Positions 52,386 through 62,850 of a DNA stretch of 64,000 bases are shown here, piece by piece (within the stretch, counting starts at the first letter, position 1; the number at the start of each line of letters is the position of its first letter). The notes below the pieces were generated by a model that was not told the origin of the DNA, searched no databases, and was given only the letters and a program-made list of their open reading frames with translations. The position numbers were made by a program, and so were the translations under genes. The DNA is from an uncultured delta proteobacterium (GTDB lineage: Bacteria; Myxococcota_A; Polyangia; Palsa-1104). Location of the stretch: assembly GCA_963785725.1 (NCBI GenBank), contig CAWAWS010000007.1, positions 96,001 through 160,000 on the forward strand, given 5' to 3'.

Positions 52386-53803
52386 ACGATGGCAGCACCA
52401 CACCGCCGCCCGTCGACGCGCTGATCGGCCACACGCTGGCCGACCGCTATCGGCTGACGCGCAAGATCGGCGAAGGCGGCATGGGCGCGGTGTACGAAGC
52501 GCAGCACGTGCTCATCGGCAAGCCGGTCGCGGTCAAGGTGCTGCGCGAGAAGTACGCCGATCGCCCCGAAGTCGCCAAGCGGCTGGTGCAGGAAGCGCGG
52601 CTGGCGTCGTCGATCCGGCACGAGCACATCGTCGACATCACCGACTCGGGCGCGACGGAGGACGGGCGCACCTACGTCGTCATGGAGCACCTCGATGGGC
52701 TGAGCCTGGCCGAGCTGTTGAAACAGCAAGGCGCGCTGCCCGAGACGCGCGTGCTCGAGATGGCGCGGCAGGCGGCGTCGGCGTTGGCGGCGGCGCACGC
52801 GCGCGGCATCGTGCATCGCGACGTCAAGCCGGAGAACATCTTCATCGTCGAGCGCGATCATCGCGACTTCGTCAAGGTGCTCGATTTCGGCATTTCCAAG
52901 TCGGTGGTGCCGGGCGAAGTGACCGAAGAGTCGCTGCGTCTGACGCACACCGGGATGGTCCTGGGCACGCCGCTCTATATGTCGCCCGAGCAAGCGCGCG
53001 GCGAGGACGAGCTCGACCAGCGCATGGACATCTATTCGCTGGGCGTCATTTTGTACGAGTGCCTGACCGGCGAAGTGCCGTTTCATGGCGCGAACTATCT
53101 CGGGGTCATCGCCGAAGTCGTCAAAGCCGAGGTGATGCCGCCGCGCGCGCTGCGTCCCGAGCTGCGGATCTCCGAGCCGATGGAGCGCGTCGTCATGAAG
53201 GCGATGGCCAAGGCGCGCAACGATCGTTATCCGACGATGGACGAGCTCGCCGCCGACTTGGCGCGCGTCGCCGCCGGCACCGCCGTCGAGGCGCCGCAGC
53301 CGCAAGCGCCGGCCAAGGAGCCGCGGCAGCGGACGGGCTTGTGGCTGGCGGCGGTCGGCGTCTTCGCGGGCACGACGCTGTTGTTCGCGCTCGATCGCTT
53401 CAGCCACGCGCCGCCGGCGACGCCGTCGACGGTCATCGCGCCGGCGACGCCGATCGCGCCGCCCGAGCCGACGACGCCGGCGGCGCCGAAGACGATCGTG
53501 CTGCACGTCGAGACCGAGCCGCCGGGCGCCGAGATTCGCCAGGGCGCGCGCGTGTTCGGCGTGGCGCCGCGCGACCTCATCCTGCCGCGCTCCGAAGTGC
53601 CCGAGCGACTGACGTTTCGCCTCGACGGCTACGAAGATGGCGCCACGCAGATCGTGCCGTCGACGGACGATTCGCTGCGGGTGAAGCTGACGCCGCGCGC
53701 ACACAATCATCACGTGCGCCCGGTCACGCGCCCGGTCACGCCGCCGACGACGCAGGATCCGCAGCTCGTGCAGCCTAGCGAGACGCTGCCCAACCCGTAC
53801 TGA
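52382..53803 (+). CDS. Membrane Ser/Thr kinase with PEGA-like extracellular domain
   Basis: GEGGMG, VAVK, HRDVKPEN, DFG, GTPLYMSPEQ; TM; VETEPPGAEI...GVAP. Confidence 0.93.
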   Translation: MNDGSTTPPPVDALIGHTLADRYRLTRKIGEGGMGAVYEAQHVLIGKPVAVKVLREKYADRPEVAKRLVQEARLASSIRHEHIVDITDSGATEDGRTYVVMEHLDGLSLAELLKQQGALPETRVLEMARQAASALAAAHARGIVHRDVKPENIFIVERDHRDFVKVLDFGISKSVVPGEVTEESLRLTHTGMVLGTPLYMSPEQARGEDELDQRMDIYSLGVILYECLTGEVPFHGANYLGVIAEVVKAEVMPPRALRPELRISEPMERVVMKAMAKARNDRYPTMDELAADLARVAAGTAVEAPQPQAPAKEPRQRTGLWLAAVGVFAGTTLLFALDRFSHAPPATPSTVIAPATPIAPPEPTTPAAPKTIVLHVETEPPGAEIRQGARVFGVAPRDLILPRSEVPERLTFRLDGYEDGATQIVPSTDDSLRVKLTPRAHNHHVRPVTRPVTPPTTQDPQLVQPSETLPNPY

Positions 53804-53825
53804 TTTCGCGCTACAGTAGGCGCAC

Positions 53826-55529
53826 ATGTTGCGGGCGTTCGTCGCGATCGCGCTCCTCGCTGTCGCCGCGCCCGTCTTCGCCGACGCCGGCGACCAGCGA
53901 ACCGCGCCACTACCGAGCGAGCTGAGCGTGCCGAGCGCGCCGAATGCGAACGCAGCCAAGTCGCGCGCCGACGAAGAGGCGGCCAAAGAGCACTATCGCA
54001 AAGGCCAGAAGCTCTACGACGACGGCATTTATGAAGAGGCAATCGTCGAATTCGAGATGGCCTACCGCATCAAGCCGCATCCGAGCTCGCTCTACAACGT
54101 CGCGCTGGCCTACGGAGCGCTGCTCGATTATGCGCAGTCCGTCTTGTGGTTCGAGCGCTTTCTCGCGGAAGCGCCGTCGAACGATCCGCAGCGGCCGAGC
54201 GTCGAGATCACGCTGCGCAAGATGCGTGGCTACCCTTCGCGCCTGTCGGTGACGACGATTCCCGAGCACGTGCACGCCGTCGTCGTCGATGCCGACGGTA
54301 AGAAACGCGAAGCCGACACGCCAACGGTGTTCAAGCTGCCCGCCGGCGGTTATCAGCTGACGCTCGAGCAGCCCGGTTGGGAGACGGAAGAGCACGACGT
54401 CTACACCGAGATCGGGCAGCCCTATTTCTACCAATATCGGCTCAAGCGCTCGACGGCGCCGGTCACGATCTTCTCCAAGCCGCGCGACGCGCGCGTGTTC
54501 ATCGACAATCGGCTCGTCGGTGAGACGCCGTTCGCCGGCACGGTCGACGTCGGCAAGCACAAGCTCCTGCTCGAGCACAAAGATTTCCCGTGGCATAGCG
54601 AGGAGCTCGACGTGAAGTCGGACGATCCGATTCGTCGCGACGTCACGCTGACGCGGCCCATTCGCTCGGGTCGCACCGAGCTGGTCTTGGCGGCGATGGT
54701 CTTCGGCGGCGCCGCCGGCCCGGCCTTGTGCGCGTCGCTGCTCAAGGACAACCAATCGACGGCCAACCTCTCGATCTACGTCTTGTCGTCGCTCGCGGGC
54801 ATCGGCGCCGGCTTCGTGGGCGCGTTCTTGACGACGCGCGACGGCATCAAAGTCGGCACCAGCTCGCTCATGATCGGCGGCGCTGCCTGGGGCACGTCGG
54901 TCTTCGCCGGTCTCAGCCTCGGCTTGGGCGCGAAGACCAACGCGGTCTACGCGATCGCCATCGCCGGCAGCGCAGTCGGCATGGCCGGCGGCTACCTCAT
55001 CGCGCGCAAGCTCGACATCTCCGCCGGCGATTCCGCGCTCGTCAACTCGGGCGGCACCTGGGGAACGGCCGGCGGCGTGCTCTTGGCGCAGTCGATCTAC
55101 CGCAATCCGTCGAGCAAGGAGCTGGGCTGGTTCGCGCTCGGCGGCACCGCGATCGGCGTCGCCACCGGCGCGCTCTTGGCCTGGCGCGCCGAGGTCAGCC
55201 GCAGCCACGTCGCGCTCATCGACGTCGGCGGGCTGGCCGGCGCGGGGCTCGGCTTCGCGCTCGGCTACGTCATCGGCTTTCGCACGCCCGGCGCCGACAA
55301 CATCCAGACCGGCGCTCGCTACTCACTCGGCGGCCTGGGCGTCGGGCTCATCGCCGGCATCGTCCTGTCGCGCAAATACAAAGACGATGTGCCGCCCGTC
55401 GAAGCGCTGCTGACGCACGAGCGCGGCCGCTGGGCGATGGCGCTGCCGCGCTTGTCGGTCGACTACGCCGTCACGCCTGAAGGCTCGGCGCCGCGAGTCA
55501 ACGTCACGATCGCCAGCGGCCACTTTTAG
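53826..55529 (+). CDS. Exported TPR + 2x PEGA protein with Gly-rich hydrophobic C-terminal region
   Basis: Signal peptide VFA; TPR (AKEHY..G, LYNVALAY); SKPRDARVFIDN..VGETP; glycine-zipper-like helices; terminal Phe. Confidence 0.85.
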   Translation: MLRAFVAIALLAVAAPVFADAGDQRTAPLPSELSVPSAPNANAAKSRADEEAAKEHYRKGQKLYDDGIYEEAIVEFEMAYRIKPHPSSLYNVALAYGALLDYAQSVLWFERFLAEAPSNDPQRPSVEITLRKMRGYPSRLSVTTIPEHVHAVVVDADGKKREADTPTVFKLPAGGYQLTLEQPGWETEEHDVYTEIGQPYFYQYRLKRSTAPVTIFSKPRDARVFIDNRLVGETPFAGTVDVGKHKLLLEHKDFPWHSEELDVKSDDPIRRDVTLTRPIRSGRTELVLAAMVFGGAAGPALCASLLKDNQSTANLSIYVLSSLAGIGAGFVGAFLTTRDGIKVGTSSLMIGGAAWGTSVFAGLSLGLGAKTNAVYAIAIAGSAVGMAGGYLIARKLDISAGDSALVNSGGTWGTAGGVLLAQSIYRNPSSKELGWFALGGTAIGVATGALLAWRAEVSRSHVALIDVGGLAGAGLGFALGYVIGFRTPGADNIQTGARYSLGGLGVGLIAGIVLSRKYKDDVPPVEALLTHERGRWAMALPRLSVDYAVTPEGSAPRVNVTIASGHF

Positions 55530-55672
55530 CGCCGATTCGCCGTACGATCGCTTGCAAAGTGGCCAGCGGAATAGCCGGCCAGCAACGCTTCCTACCATCC
55601 GTATAAATACGATGTAGCATAAAGGTTACAGCTAGTTGGCGCTGGTGTAGATCTCGCATGACGCGATGCGCT

Positions 55673-57373
55673 ATGAAGAGAACGGTACCTGCCTTGTTCG
55701 TCGTGTTCGGTGCGGCCTGCTCGTCATCCGCCACCATCGGCTCCGCGCAAGAAGCGCTCGAGCCGAGCCAGATTCCGGCGGGCATTTCGTCGTCGCTGTC
55801 GACCACGGTGCTGGCGGCGCTGCAGCTCGATGGGCCGACGAAGCGCGAGCAAACGTGGAACATCTCCAGCGACAACGCGCTCGACGACGGCTGGATCCTG
55901 CAGACGCCGCCCGCGCAATATTGGGGCGTCGACGGCGCCAACTTCCCCATCGCCGGCACGTGCACGAGCGGCGCGAACTGCGACGTCGACTTCGGCCTCT
56001 TCCGCTGCGCGACGCAAGCCGACTGCAGCGGCGGCGGCATTTGCACGACCGTCGCGGCGACGGTGCGCGCGCCCGGCGGCACGCCCGAGCAGCTGTGCGT
56101 CGGCCACTCCGACGTCATGTACGACAACTTCTACGGCGTCATCACGTCGGCGCAGCGCTTCGTCGACGTGACCAGCCTGTCGCCGCCCGACGGTCGCTTC
56201 CAGGCCGCCGTCCGCAACGCCATCAGCTATCTCGGCAACAGCGGCCGCGCCGTCACCGTGCGCTTGCTCTTCGGCGACTACCCGATTCAAGACGACGTCA
56301 ACTCGAAGACGGTGCTGCAGACGCTGACGCGCGATGTGCCGGCGACGTCGCCGCTCGACGTCTACGTCGGCAATTACCGCTCGAGCGACGTGCCGCCGTC
56401 GTGGAATCACTCGAAGATGGTGGGCGCGGACGAGAATCTGTCGATCGTCGGCGGCGAGAACATGTGGACGGCCGATTACCTCGGCATCGAGCCCGTGCAC
56501 GACATCTCGATGCGGCTGCGCGGCACGGCGACCGCCGACGTGCACCGCTTCGCCAACGAGCAGTGGCAATACACGTGCGCGAATCGGTCGCTGCTGACGT
56601 GGCTGACGTGGTCGGTGTGGTCGAACGGCTGGCGCGCCGGCCAAATCAGCAACGCGTGCGCGCCGCAATATTCCGAGCCGGCGAACGCGGTCGGCCCGGG
56701 CAACGCGACGGTCATTTCGATCGGTCGCCTCGCCGAGATCGATCCGAGCGGCCAGTCGAACCAGAGTGACGCGGCGATTCGCGCGCTCGTCGGCGCCGCG
56801 CAGTCGACGATTCGCATGTCGCTGCAGGATCTCGGGCCGCCCGAAGAGGCCGGCATCGCGCTCGGCAGCTGGCCCGATCCGCTGTTCGCGAAGCTGGGCG
56901 CGGCGCTCGTGCGCGGCGTCGATGTCTACATCGTCGTGTCGAATCCGACGTGCCGCGCGGGCGGGCTGTCGCCGCTGCAGGCGCAATACGCCAACGGCTG
57001 GACGGTCGCGCAAGTCGCGCAGAAGATTCGCGATTACATGATCGCGAATCCTGTCGCCAATCAGCCGGCGGGCGATGCGTTGCGCGCGCTCTTGTGTCAG
57101 AAGCTGCACGTGACGTCGATTCGCTTTTCGGCGAGCGGCACGTGGCCGGGCGGCGTCACGGCGGCCAACCACGCCAAGCTCGTCTTCGTCGACGATCAGG
57201 CGTTCTACATCGGTTCGCAGAACGAGTACGTCGCCGACCTGACCGAGCTCGGCTACCTCGTCGACGACAAGCGCGCCGCCGCGCAGCTCGCCGCCGACTA
57301 CTGGGCGCCGCTGTGGCAGTACTCGCAAGTCGACGCCGTCAGCGGCACCGAAGCCGCGCAGTGCGTCCTGTAG
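55673..57373 (+). CDS. Secreted/lipoprotein phospholipase D (Streptomyces-type)
   Basis: Two HxKxxxxD motifs: WNHSKMVGAD...GGEN and NHAKLVFVD...IGSQN; GAAC lipobox. Confidence 0.9.
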   Translation: MKRTVPALFVVFGAACSSSATIGSAQEALEPSQIPAGISSSLSTTVLAALQLDGPTKREQTWNISSDNALDDGWILQTPPAQYWGVDGANFPIAGTCTSGANCDVDFGLFRCATQADCSGGGICTTVAATVRAPGGTPEQLCVGHSDVMYDNFYGVITSAQRFVDVTSLSPPDGRFQAAVRNAISYLGNSGRAVTVRLLFGDYPIQDDVNSKTVLQTLTRDVPATSPLDVYVGNYRSSDVPPSWNHSKMVGADENLSIVGGENMWTADYLGIEPVHDISMRLRGTATADVHRFANEQWQYTCANRSLLTWLTWSVWSNGWRAGQISNACAPQYSEPANAVGPGNATVISIGRLAEIDPSGQSNQSDAAIRALVGAAQSTIRMSLQDLGPPEEAGIALGSWPDPLFAKLGAALVRGVDVYIVVSNPTCRAGGLSPLQAQYANGWTVAQVAQKIRDYMIANPVANQPAGDALRALLCQKLHVTSIRFSASGTWPGGVTAANHAKLVFVDDQAFYIGSQNEYVADLTELGYLVDDKRAAAQLAADYWAPLWQYSQVDAVSGTEAAQCVL

Positions 57374-57441
57374 CTCCGCGCGACCTGTAAGAATTCGACT
57401 CGGCGCTGCAGCGGCAAATCTCGTCGCTGCAGCCGCTCCGC

Positions 57442-57870
57442 TTACGCCAGCAGCCGCGCCATGCGATCGAGCTCTTCGCGCGGCGGGGTCGGCAGCCGCT
57501 CGTGATCGAAGCGAATCTTCCCGTCCTCGATGACTGCGTGGCGCCCGGACACGATGTCCGTCGGATCATGTTGCGGCACGACGATCAGATGCGCGTGCGC
57601 CACGCCGAAGCCGTGCACGATCCAACCGACGCGCAGCGGCTTCAGCCGCTCGCGGACGTTGCGCGACAGTCGCTGCGCGTGCGTCGTCAAATGCACGCTC
57701 AGCGGATCGGGCAAGTCGCAAAAGTGATCGATGTGCTGCTTGGGAATGACCACGAATTCGCCTTCGCGCGTCGGGTTCAGTGTCATGAAGGCGCTGATCA
57801 GCTCGTCTTCGTAGACGACGCTGGCGGTGGCGCGCTTGGCGACGATCGCGCAGAAGATGCAGTCGCTCAC
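57442..57870 (-). CDS. HIT family hydrolase
   Basis: CIFC, VIPKQH, HAHLIVVP (third His of the triad replaced by Ile). Confidence 0.88.
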   Translation of the reverse strand: MSDCIFCAIVAKRATASVVYEDELISAFMTLNPTREGEFVVIPKQHIDHFCDLPDPLSVHLTTHAQRLSRNVRERLKPLRVGWIVHGFGVAHAHLIVVPQHDPTDIVSGRHAVIEDGKIRFDHERLPTPPREELDRMARLLA

Positions 57871-57871
57871 G

Positions 57872-59140
57872 TCAGCCGACGAACGACGGTATCTCTTCGC
57901 CGCGCACGAGATCCTCGAGCTCCTCGCGCTTGCGCACGACCGCGTACTGCCCGCCTTTGACCATCACTTCGGCGACGCGCGGCCGCGTGTTGTAGTTCGA
58001 CGACATCGTAAAGCCGTACGCGCCCGCGGACATCAGCGCCAGCAGATCGCCTTCGGCCGGCCGTTGCGCCAGCGAGCGATCGCGCGCCAAGAAGTCGCCG
58101 GTCTCGCAAATCGGCCCGACGACATCGGCGACATAAGCCTCGCCCGCGCGCTTCTGCACCGGCCAAATCGCGTGATAGGAGTCGTAAAACGCCGGCCGAA
58201 TCAGATCGTTCATGGCCGCGTCGACGATCACGAAGTTCTTGATCTCGCCCTGCTTCAAATAGAGCGTCTTGGTCACGAGCACGCCCGCGTTGCCGACGAT
58301 GACGCGGCCGGGCTCGCAGATCAACGTCACGTCGAGCCCGGCGAACGCCTGCATCGACTCCTCGATCGCGCGGCCGTAATCGTCGGGCGACGGCGGATCT
58401 TCCTGATCGTACGGAATGCCCAGTCCGCCGCCGATGTCGACGTAGCGAATGTTGATGCCGTCGAGCACGAGCGAGCGCGTCAGCTCGCCGAGACGCGCGA
58501 TCGCGTCCTTGAACGGCGACGTCTTCGTCAGCTGCGAGCCGATGTGACAATCGAGCCCGACGATCTCGAGGTGCGGCAAGCCGCGCGCTTCCGCATAGGC
58601 CGCGCGCGCTTGCGTCACCGCGATGCCGAACTTGTTCTTCTTCAGGCCCGTCGAAATGTAAGGATGCGTCTGCGCGTCGACGTCGGGGTTCACGCGCAGC
58701 GAAATCGGCGCCTTCTTCCCGACCTTCGCCGCGACGCGCTCGATGGCGTGCAGCTCGCTGATGCTCTCGACGTTGAACGCGAGGATGCCGACGTCGAGCG
58801 CGTAGGCGATCTCGTCCTCGCGCTTGCCGACGCCCGAGAAGACGATCTTCTTCGGATCGGCGCCGACCTTGAGCGCGCGGAAGATCTCGCCGCGCGACAC
58901 GGTGTCGACGCCGGCGCCGAGCCCGACCAGCGTGCGCAGCACCGCCAAGTTCGAGTTCGCCTTCACCGAGTAGCAGATGATGTGGCGATGCTTGGCGAGC
59001 GCGCCGTCGAACACGCGATAGTGCCGCTCCAACGTCGCGTGGCTGTAGACGTACACCGGCGAGCCGACCTCGGCCGCGATCTTGGCCAGCGGCACGTCTT
59101 CGCAATACAGCTCGTCGCCTCGATACTCAAAGTGGTGCAT
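57872..59140 (-). CDS. lysA: Diaminopimelate decarboxylase
   Basis: YSVKAN, FSGVGK, KFG, HIGSQ, DIGGGLG, EPGR, GPICETGD, GAYG.TMSSNYN. Confidence 0.97.
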   Translation of the reverse strand: MHHFEYRGDELYCEDVPLAKIAAEVGSPVYVYSHATLERHYRVFDGALAKHRHIICYSVKANSNLAVLRTLVGLGAGVDTVSRGEIFRALKVGADPKKIVFSGVGKREDEIAYALDVGILAFNVESISELHAIERVAAKVGKKAPISLRVNPDVDAQTHPYISTGLKKNKFGIAVTQARAAYAEARGLPHLEIVGLDCHIGSQLTKTSPFKDAIARLGELTRSLVLDGINIRYVDIGGGLGIPYDQEDPPSPDDYGRAIEESMQAFAGLDVTLICEPGRVIVGNAGVLVTKTLYLKQGEIKNFVIVDAAMNDLIRPAFYDSYHAIWPVQKRAGEAYVADVVGPICETGDFLARDRSLAQRPAEGDLLALMSAGAYGFTMSSNYNTRPRVAEVMVKGGQYAVVRKREELEDLVRGEEIPSFVG

Positions 59141-60519
59141 CAGCGCTCCTCTGCCAGCTGGCGTTCTGCTTCTACGATGGCGGCCAACACGCGATTGCGC
59201 GCCGGACCGCCGATGATGTCGCGTCGATCGATCGCTCGGTTCGCGTCGAGCACGGCGAAGACGCCTTCGTCGAACGCGACCTCCGGCGCAGTCGCGCGCA
59301 TGTCGGCCAGCGTCAGCTCGGGCAGCTCGACGCCGCGTGCGCTCGCCGCGCGCACGAGCGCGCCCGCGGCCGCGTGCGCCTGACGAAACGGCGTGCCTTT
59401 CGCCGCCAGCCAATCGGCCACTTCCGTCGCCAGCAAGTGCCCTTGTCCGACGGCTTTGGCGAGCTTGGGCACATCGAACGTCGCGCCCGCCATCAAGCCC
59501 GTCATCGTGCGCACACAGAGCTGCGCCGTCTCGACCGCGTCGTAGAGCGGCTCCTGCGTCTCTTGCAGATCTTTATTGTACGCCAGCGGCAAGCCCTTGA
59601 TGACCACGAGCAGCGTCGTCAAATCGCCGATGACGCGACCGACTTTGGCGCGCACCAGCTCCGGCACGTCCGGGTTCACCTTCTGCGGCATGATCGAGCT
59701 GCCGGAGCAGTAGGCCTCCGGCAGTCGCACGAAGCCGAACTCTTGCGACGCCCACAGCACCAGCTCTTCGCCGAGCCGCGACAGATGCGCCAACAAGAGC
59801 GCGCACGCCGCCACCAGCTCGACGGCAAAGTCGCGATCGCCGACGGCATCCAAGCTGTTGGCGGTGACGCCGTCGAAGCCGAGCCCGTGCGCTGCCGCCG
59901 CGCGATCGATGGGAAACGTCGTCGTCGCCAGCGCGCCCGAGCCGAGCGGCGACTGATTCATGCGCCGCACCGCGTCGGCGATCCGCCCGCGGTCGCGCGC
60001 CAACATCTCGTAGTAGGCGAGCATGTGATGGCTCAACCGCACCGGCTGCGCGCGCTGCAGATGCGTGTAACCCGGCATCAACGTGTCGACATGCGCGCGC
60101 GCTTGGCTCACGAACGCGGCCTGCAGCCCGACGATCAGCTTGCCGAGCTGCCGGCCCTGATCGCGCGCGTACAGGCGTAAATCCGTCGCCACCTGATCAT
60201 TTCGGCTGCGCGCCGTGTGCAGTCGCGCGCCCGCTTCGCCGACGATCTCGGTCAGCCGCTTCTCGACGTTCATGTGCACGTCTTCGAGCTGCGCCTCCAG
60301 CTTGAGCTCACCGCGCTGCCACTCGGCGACGACTTGGTCGAGCCCGCGCACGATCGCTTCCGCGTCCGCCGGCTGCAAGATGCCCTGTTGCGCCAACATG
60401 CGCGCGTGCGCCTTCGAGCCCTCGACGTCATAGGGCAAGAGGCGATAGTCGAAGTCGATCGACGCATTGAGCTGCGCTGCGTCGTCGGACAGCTTGGAAT
60501 CGAAACGGGGCCCGCGCAT
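59140..60519 (-). CDS. argH: Argininosuccinate lyase
   Basis: [35 protein letters not shown]. Confidence 0.97.
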   Translation of the reverse strand: MRGPRFDSKLSDDAAQLNASIDFDYRLLPYDVEGSKAHARMLAQQGILQPADAEAIVRGLDQVVAEWQRGELKLEAQLEDVHMNVEKRLTEIVGEAGARLHTARSRNDQVATDLRLYARDQGRQLGKLIVGLQAAFVSQARAHVDTLMPGYTHLQRAQPVRLSHHMLAYYEMLARDRGRIADAVRRMNQSPLGSGALATTTFPIDRAAAAHGLGFDGVTANSLDAVGDRDFAVELVAACALLLAHLSRLGEELVLWASQEFGFVRLPEAYCSGSSIMPQKVNPDVPELVRAKVGRVIGDLTTLLVVIKGLPLAYNKDLQETQEPLYDAVETAQLCVRTMTGLMAGATFDVPKLAKAVGQGHLLATEVADWLAAKGTPFRQAHAAAGALVRAASARGVELPELTLADMRATAPEVAFDEGVFAVLDANRAIDRRDIIGGPARNRVLAAIVEAERQLAEER

Positions 60520-60575
60520 GACGGGGAGATTATCGCGAGGCGCGGAAAAAAGTTGCGGGAGATTGCGTCAGAAAA

Positions 60576-61391
60576 TTACGAAGCGCGCTTCTGCTTCTTG
60601 GCCTCTTCGAGCTCGGCGAAGAAGCGAATCGCCGTCTCGACGCCGTTCTCGAGCGACTCGAACACGAGCGGCACGAGGCCCGCGGCTTCCGAGCGCAAGA
60701 CGTCGTAATAGCGTTGACGCTCGATGGAGTGGATGACGACCGGCGGATGACCATCACGCAACAGCATGAGGTTCATCAAGAGGCGCGCCACCTTGCCCGA
60801 GTTCTTCGGCCACGGATAGATCGACATGAAGCGGAAGTGCGCCCGCGCCGCGCGCTCGACCGGATGCAGATGCTGCGTCTCTTCCTCGTCGAGCCACTCG
60901 ACGAGCTTCTTCATCCGCGCCACGATCTTGTCCGGCTGGGCGATCTCGTGGAAGTACAACCGATGCAACGGGTTGTCCTTGCGGAACGGGTTGCCCTTGG
61001 CCTTTTCTTCCGGCGTGAGCAACGAATGGAGAAGCTTGAGCGTCTCCAGCGTGATCTGGTTCTTCTTGGCTTTGCCGCTCTTCTTGGCCGCGTGCGCCTC
61101 GACCGCCCACTGCCGCGCCAGCAGGCGAACCTGCTCGATCGCGAACTTGTGGTTCTTGATCTCCTCGTACATCGGGATCAAGGACACGTCGGAAATGATC
61201 TTCTTGTCGATGGCCGCCTTGAGCTCGTGGTACGAGAGCACGACGCCCTCGAGCGCGTTGTCGTGATAAATCCACGACACATCGAGCTTCTCGTCGAAGT
61301 CGGCGACGATCGACGAGTTCGCGCGCACGCGCATGTCGCGCAGCTGCTCGATCTTGTTGTCGATAGTCAGAAACTTCTTATCCACCGTCAT
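60576..61391 (-). CDS. Fic-family protein with non-canonical active-site motif
   Basis: WIYHDNALEG, HPVERAARAHFRFMSIYPWPKNSGKVARLLMN, RQRYY. Confidence 0.85.
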   Translation of the reverse strand: MTVDKKFLTIDNKIEQLRDMRVRANSSIVADFDEKLDVSWIYHDNALEGVVLSYHELKAAIDKKIISDVSLIPMYEEIKNHKFAIEQVRLLARQWAVEAHAAKKSGKAKKNQITLETLKLLHSLLTPEEKAKGNPFRKDNPLHRLYFHEIAQPDKIVARMKKLVEWLDEEETQHLHPVERAARAHFRFMSIYPWPKNSGKVARLLMNLMLLRDGHPPVVIHSIERQRYYDVLRSEAAGLVPLVFESLENGVETAIRFFAELEEAKKQKRAS

Positions 61392-61911
61392 GGTCACCCG
61401 CTCCGCGCTAATTTTGGCTAATGCGAAAACCTTCGAAAATTGTGAGCTGGGGAGGGAGACCCCTCAGCTTGCGAGGCATAATGCTAACTTAAGTGGTCAC
61501 CCCGAGTCAAGATCGAGAGGGGTGACAAGTGTGCAAACGTAAGACCGCATAAGTTTGCCAGATCTATCACTAAAGTCAATATCTTGAGTCGTGTCACACA
61601 CTTTTCGGCCCGCTCCCAGGTTACGAAATAGTGACCCAAATCGTCGTCGTTGCAGAACTTTTGCGCGGACGAGCGGTTGTCCATCGGACGGCGGCTGAGA
61701 GGGAACAGTTCCCACCCGCGGCTTATTGCACGCTCACGCGATTTCGACGATCGGGTAGTCGACGTATTCGACGCTCATTAATGATGCGCGGGTTGCCGGC
61801 GATGTGACGGCCAAAGCGCGCGCTGGCGGTTCCTCGCTGGAGCGGGCCATCGACGCCCCGTCGATGCAGCAAAAATTTGCGCTGGGTGACGCTCGGTGGC
61901 TCAACTGGGGC

Positions 61912-62850
61912 GTGAGCGCGTTCTCGCACGCCACTGTCATGCCCGAGGAGACCCTGGCGCTGATCGCGCCGCGATCGGGCGGCGTCTATTGTGACGCGAC
62001 GTTGGGTGGCGGTGGTCACGCCGAGCGGATCCTGCGTCAGAGCGCGCCCGACGGTCGGCTCATCGGCGTCGATCGCGATCCGGTGGCGCTGGCGGCGGCG
62101 GGCGAGCGCTTGGCGCCGTTCGGCGATCGCGTCACGCTCGTGCACGGCGCGTTCGGCGACATTCGCGTGCACTTGCAGGCGCTCGGGATCGCGCAGATCG
62201 ACGGCTTCGTGCTCGACTTGGGCGTGTCGTCGCCGCAGCTCGACGTCGGCGCGCGCGGCTTTTCCTTCCGCAACGAAGGGCCGCTCGACATGCGCATGGA
62301 CGGCAGCGCGGGCGAGACGGCGGAGGCGCTGATTCGCCGCGTCGGCATCGACGAGCTGGCCGACATGCTGCGGCACTACGGCGAAGAGCGTTATGCGGGA
62401 CGAATCGCGCGCGCGATCAAGGAAGCGGTGATGGCGGGCGCGATCACGACGACGACGGAGCTGGCGGCGCTGATCGCCGATACGGTGCCGAGCCGCGAGC
62501 GGCACAAAGATCCGGCGACGCGCACGTTTCAGGCGCTGCGCATCGCGGTCAACGACGAGCTCGGTCAGCTGGAGCGGTTCCTCGCGGATTTTCTCGATCT
62601 CTTGAAGCCGGGAGGGCGCGTGGCGGTGATCGCGTTTCACTCGCTCGAGGATGTGCAGGTGAAGAATCGGTTTCGCGACTTGGCCAAGGATTCCGGCTAT
62701 CCGCCCGATGTCGCCGTCAACTTGGGGCTGCCGGCGCACGCGGAGATGAAGCTGCTGACGCGTAAGCCGCTGGTGCCGAGCGACGCCGAAGTGGCCGCCA
62801 ATCCGCGGTCGCGCTCGGCCAAGCTGCGCGGCGCGGAGAAGTGGTCGTGA
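61912..62850 (+). CDS. rsmH: 16S rRNA m4C1402 methyltransferase
   Basis: HATVM, DATLGGGGH, DLGVSSPQLD, PLDMRM, TFQALRIAVN, FHSLED, NPRSRSAKLR; GTG start inferred. Confidence 0.96.
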   Translation: MSAFSHATVMPEETLALIAPRSGGVYCDATLGGGGHAERILRQSAPDGRLIGVDRDPVALAAAGERLAPFGDRVTLVHGAFGDIRVHLQALGIAQIDGFVLDLGVSSPQLDVGARGFSFRNEGPLDMRMDGSAGETAEALIRRVGIDELADMLRHYGEERYAGRIARAIKEAVMAGAITTTTELAALIADTVPSRERHKDPATRTFQALRIAVNDELGQLERFLADFLDLLKPGGRVAVIAFHSLEDVQVKNRFRDLAKDSGYPPDVAVNLGLPAHAEMKLLTRKPLVPSDAEVAANPRSRSAKLRGAEKWS

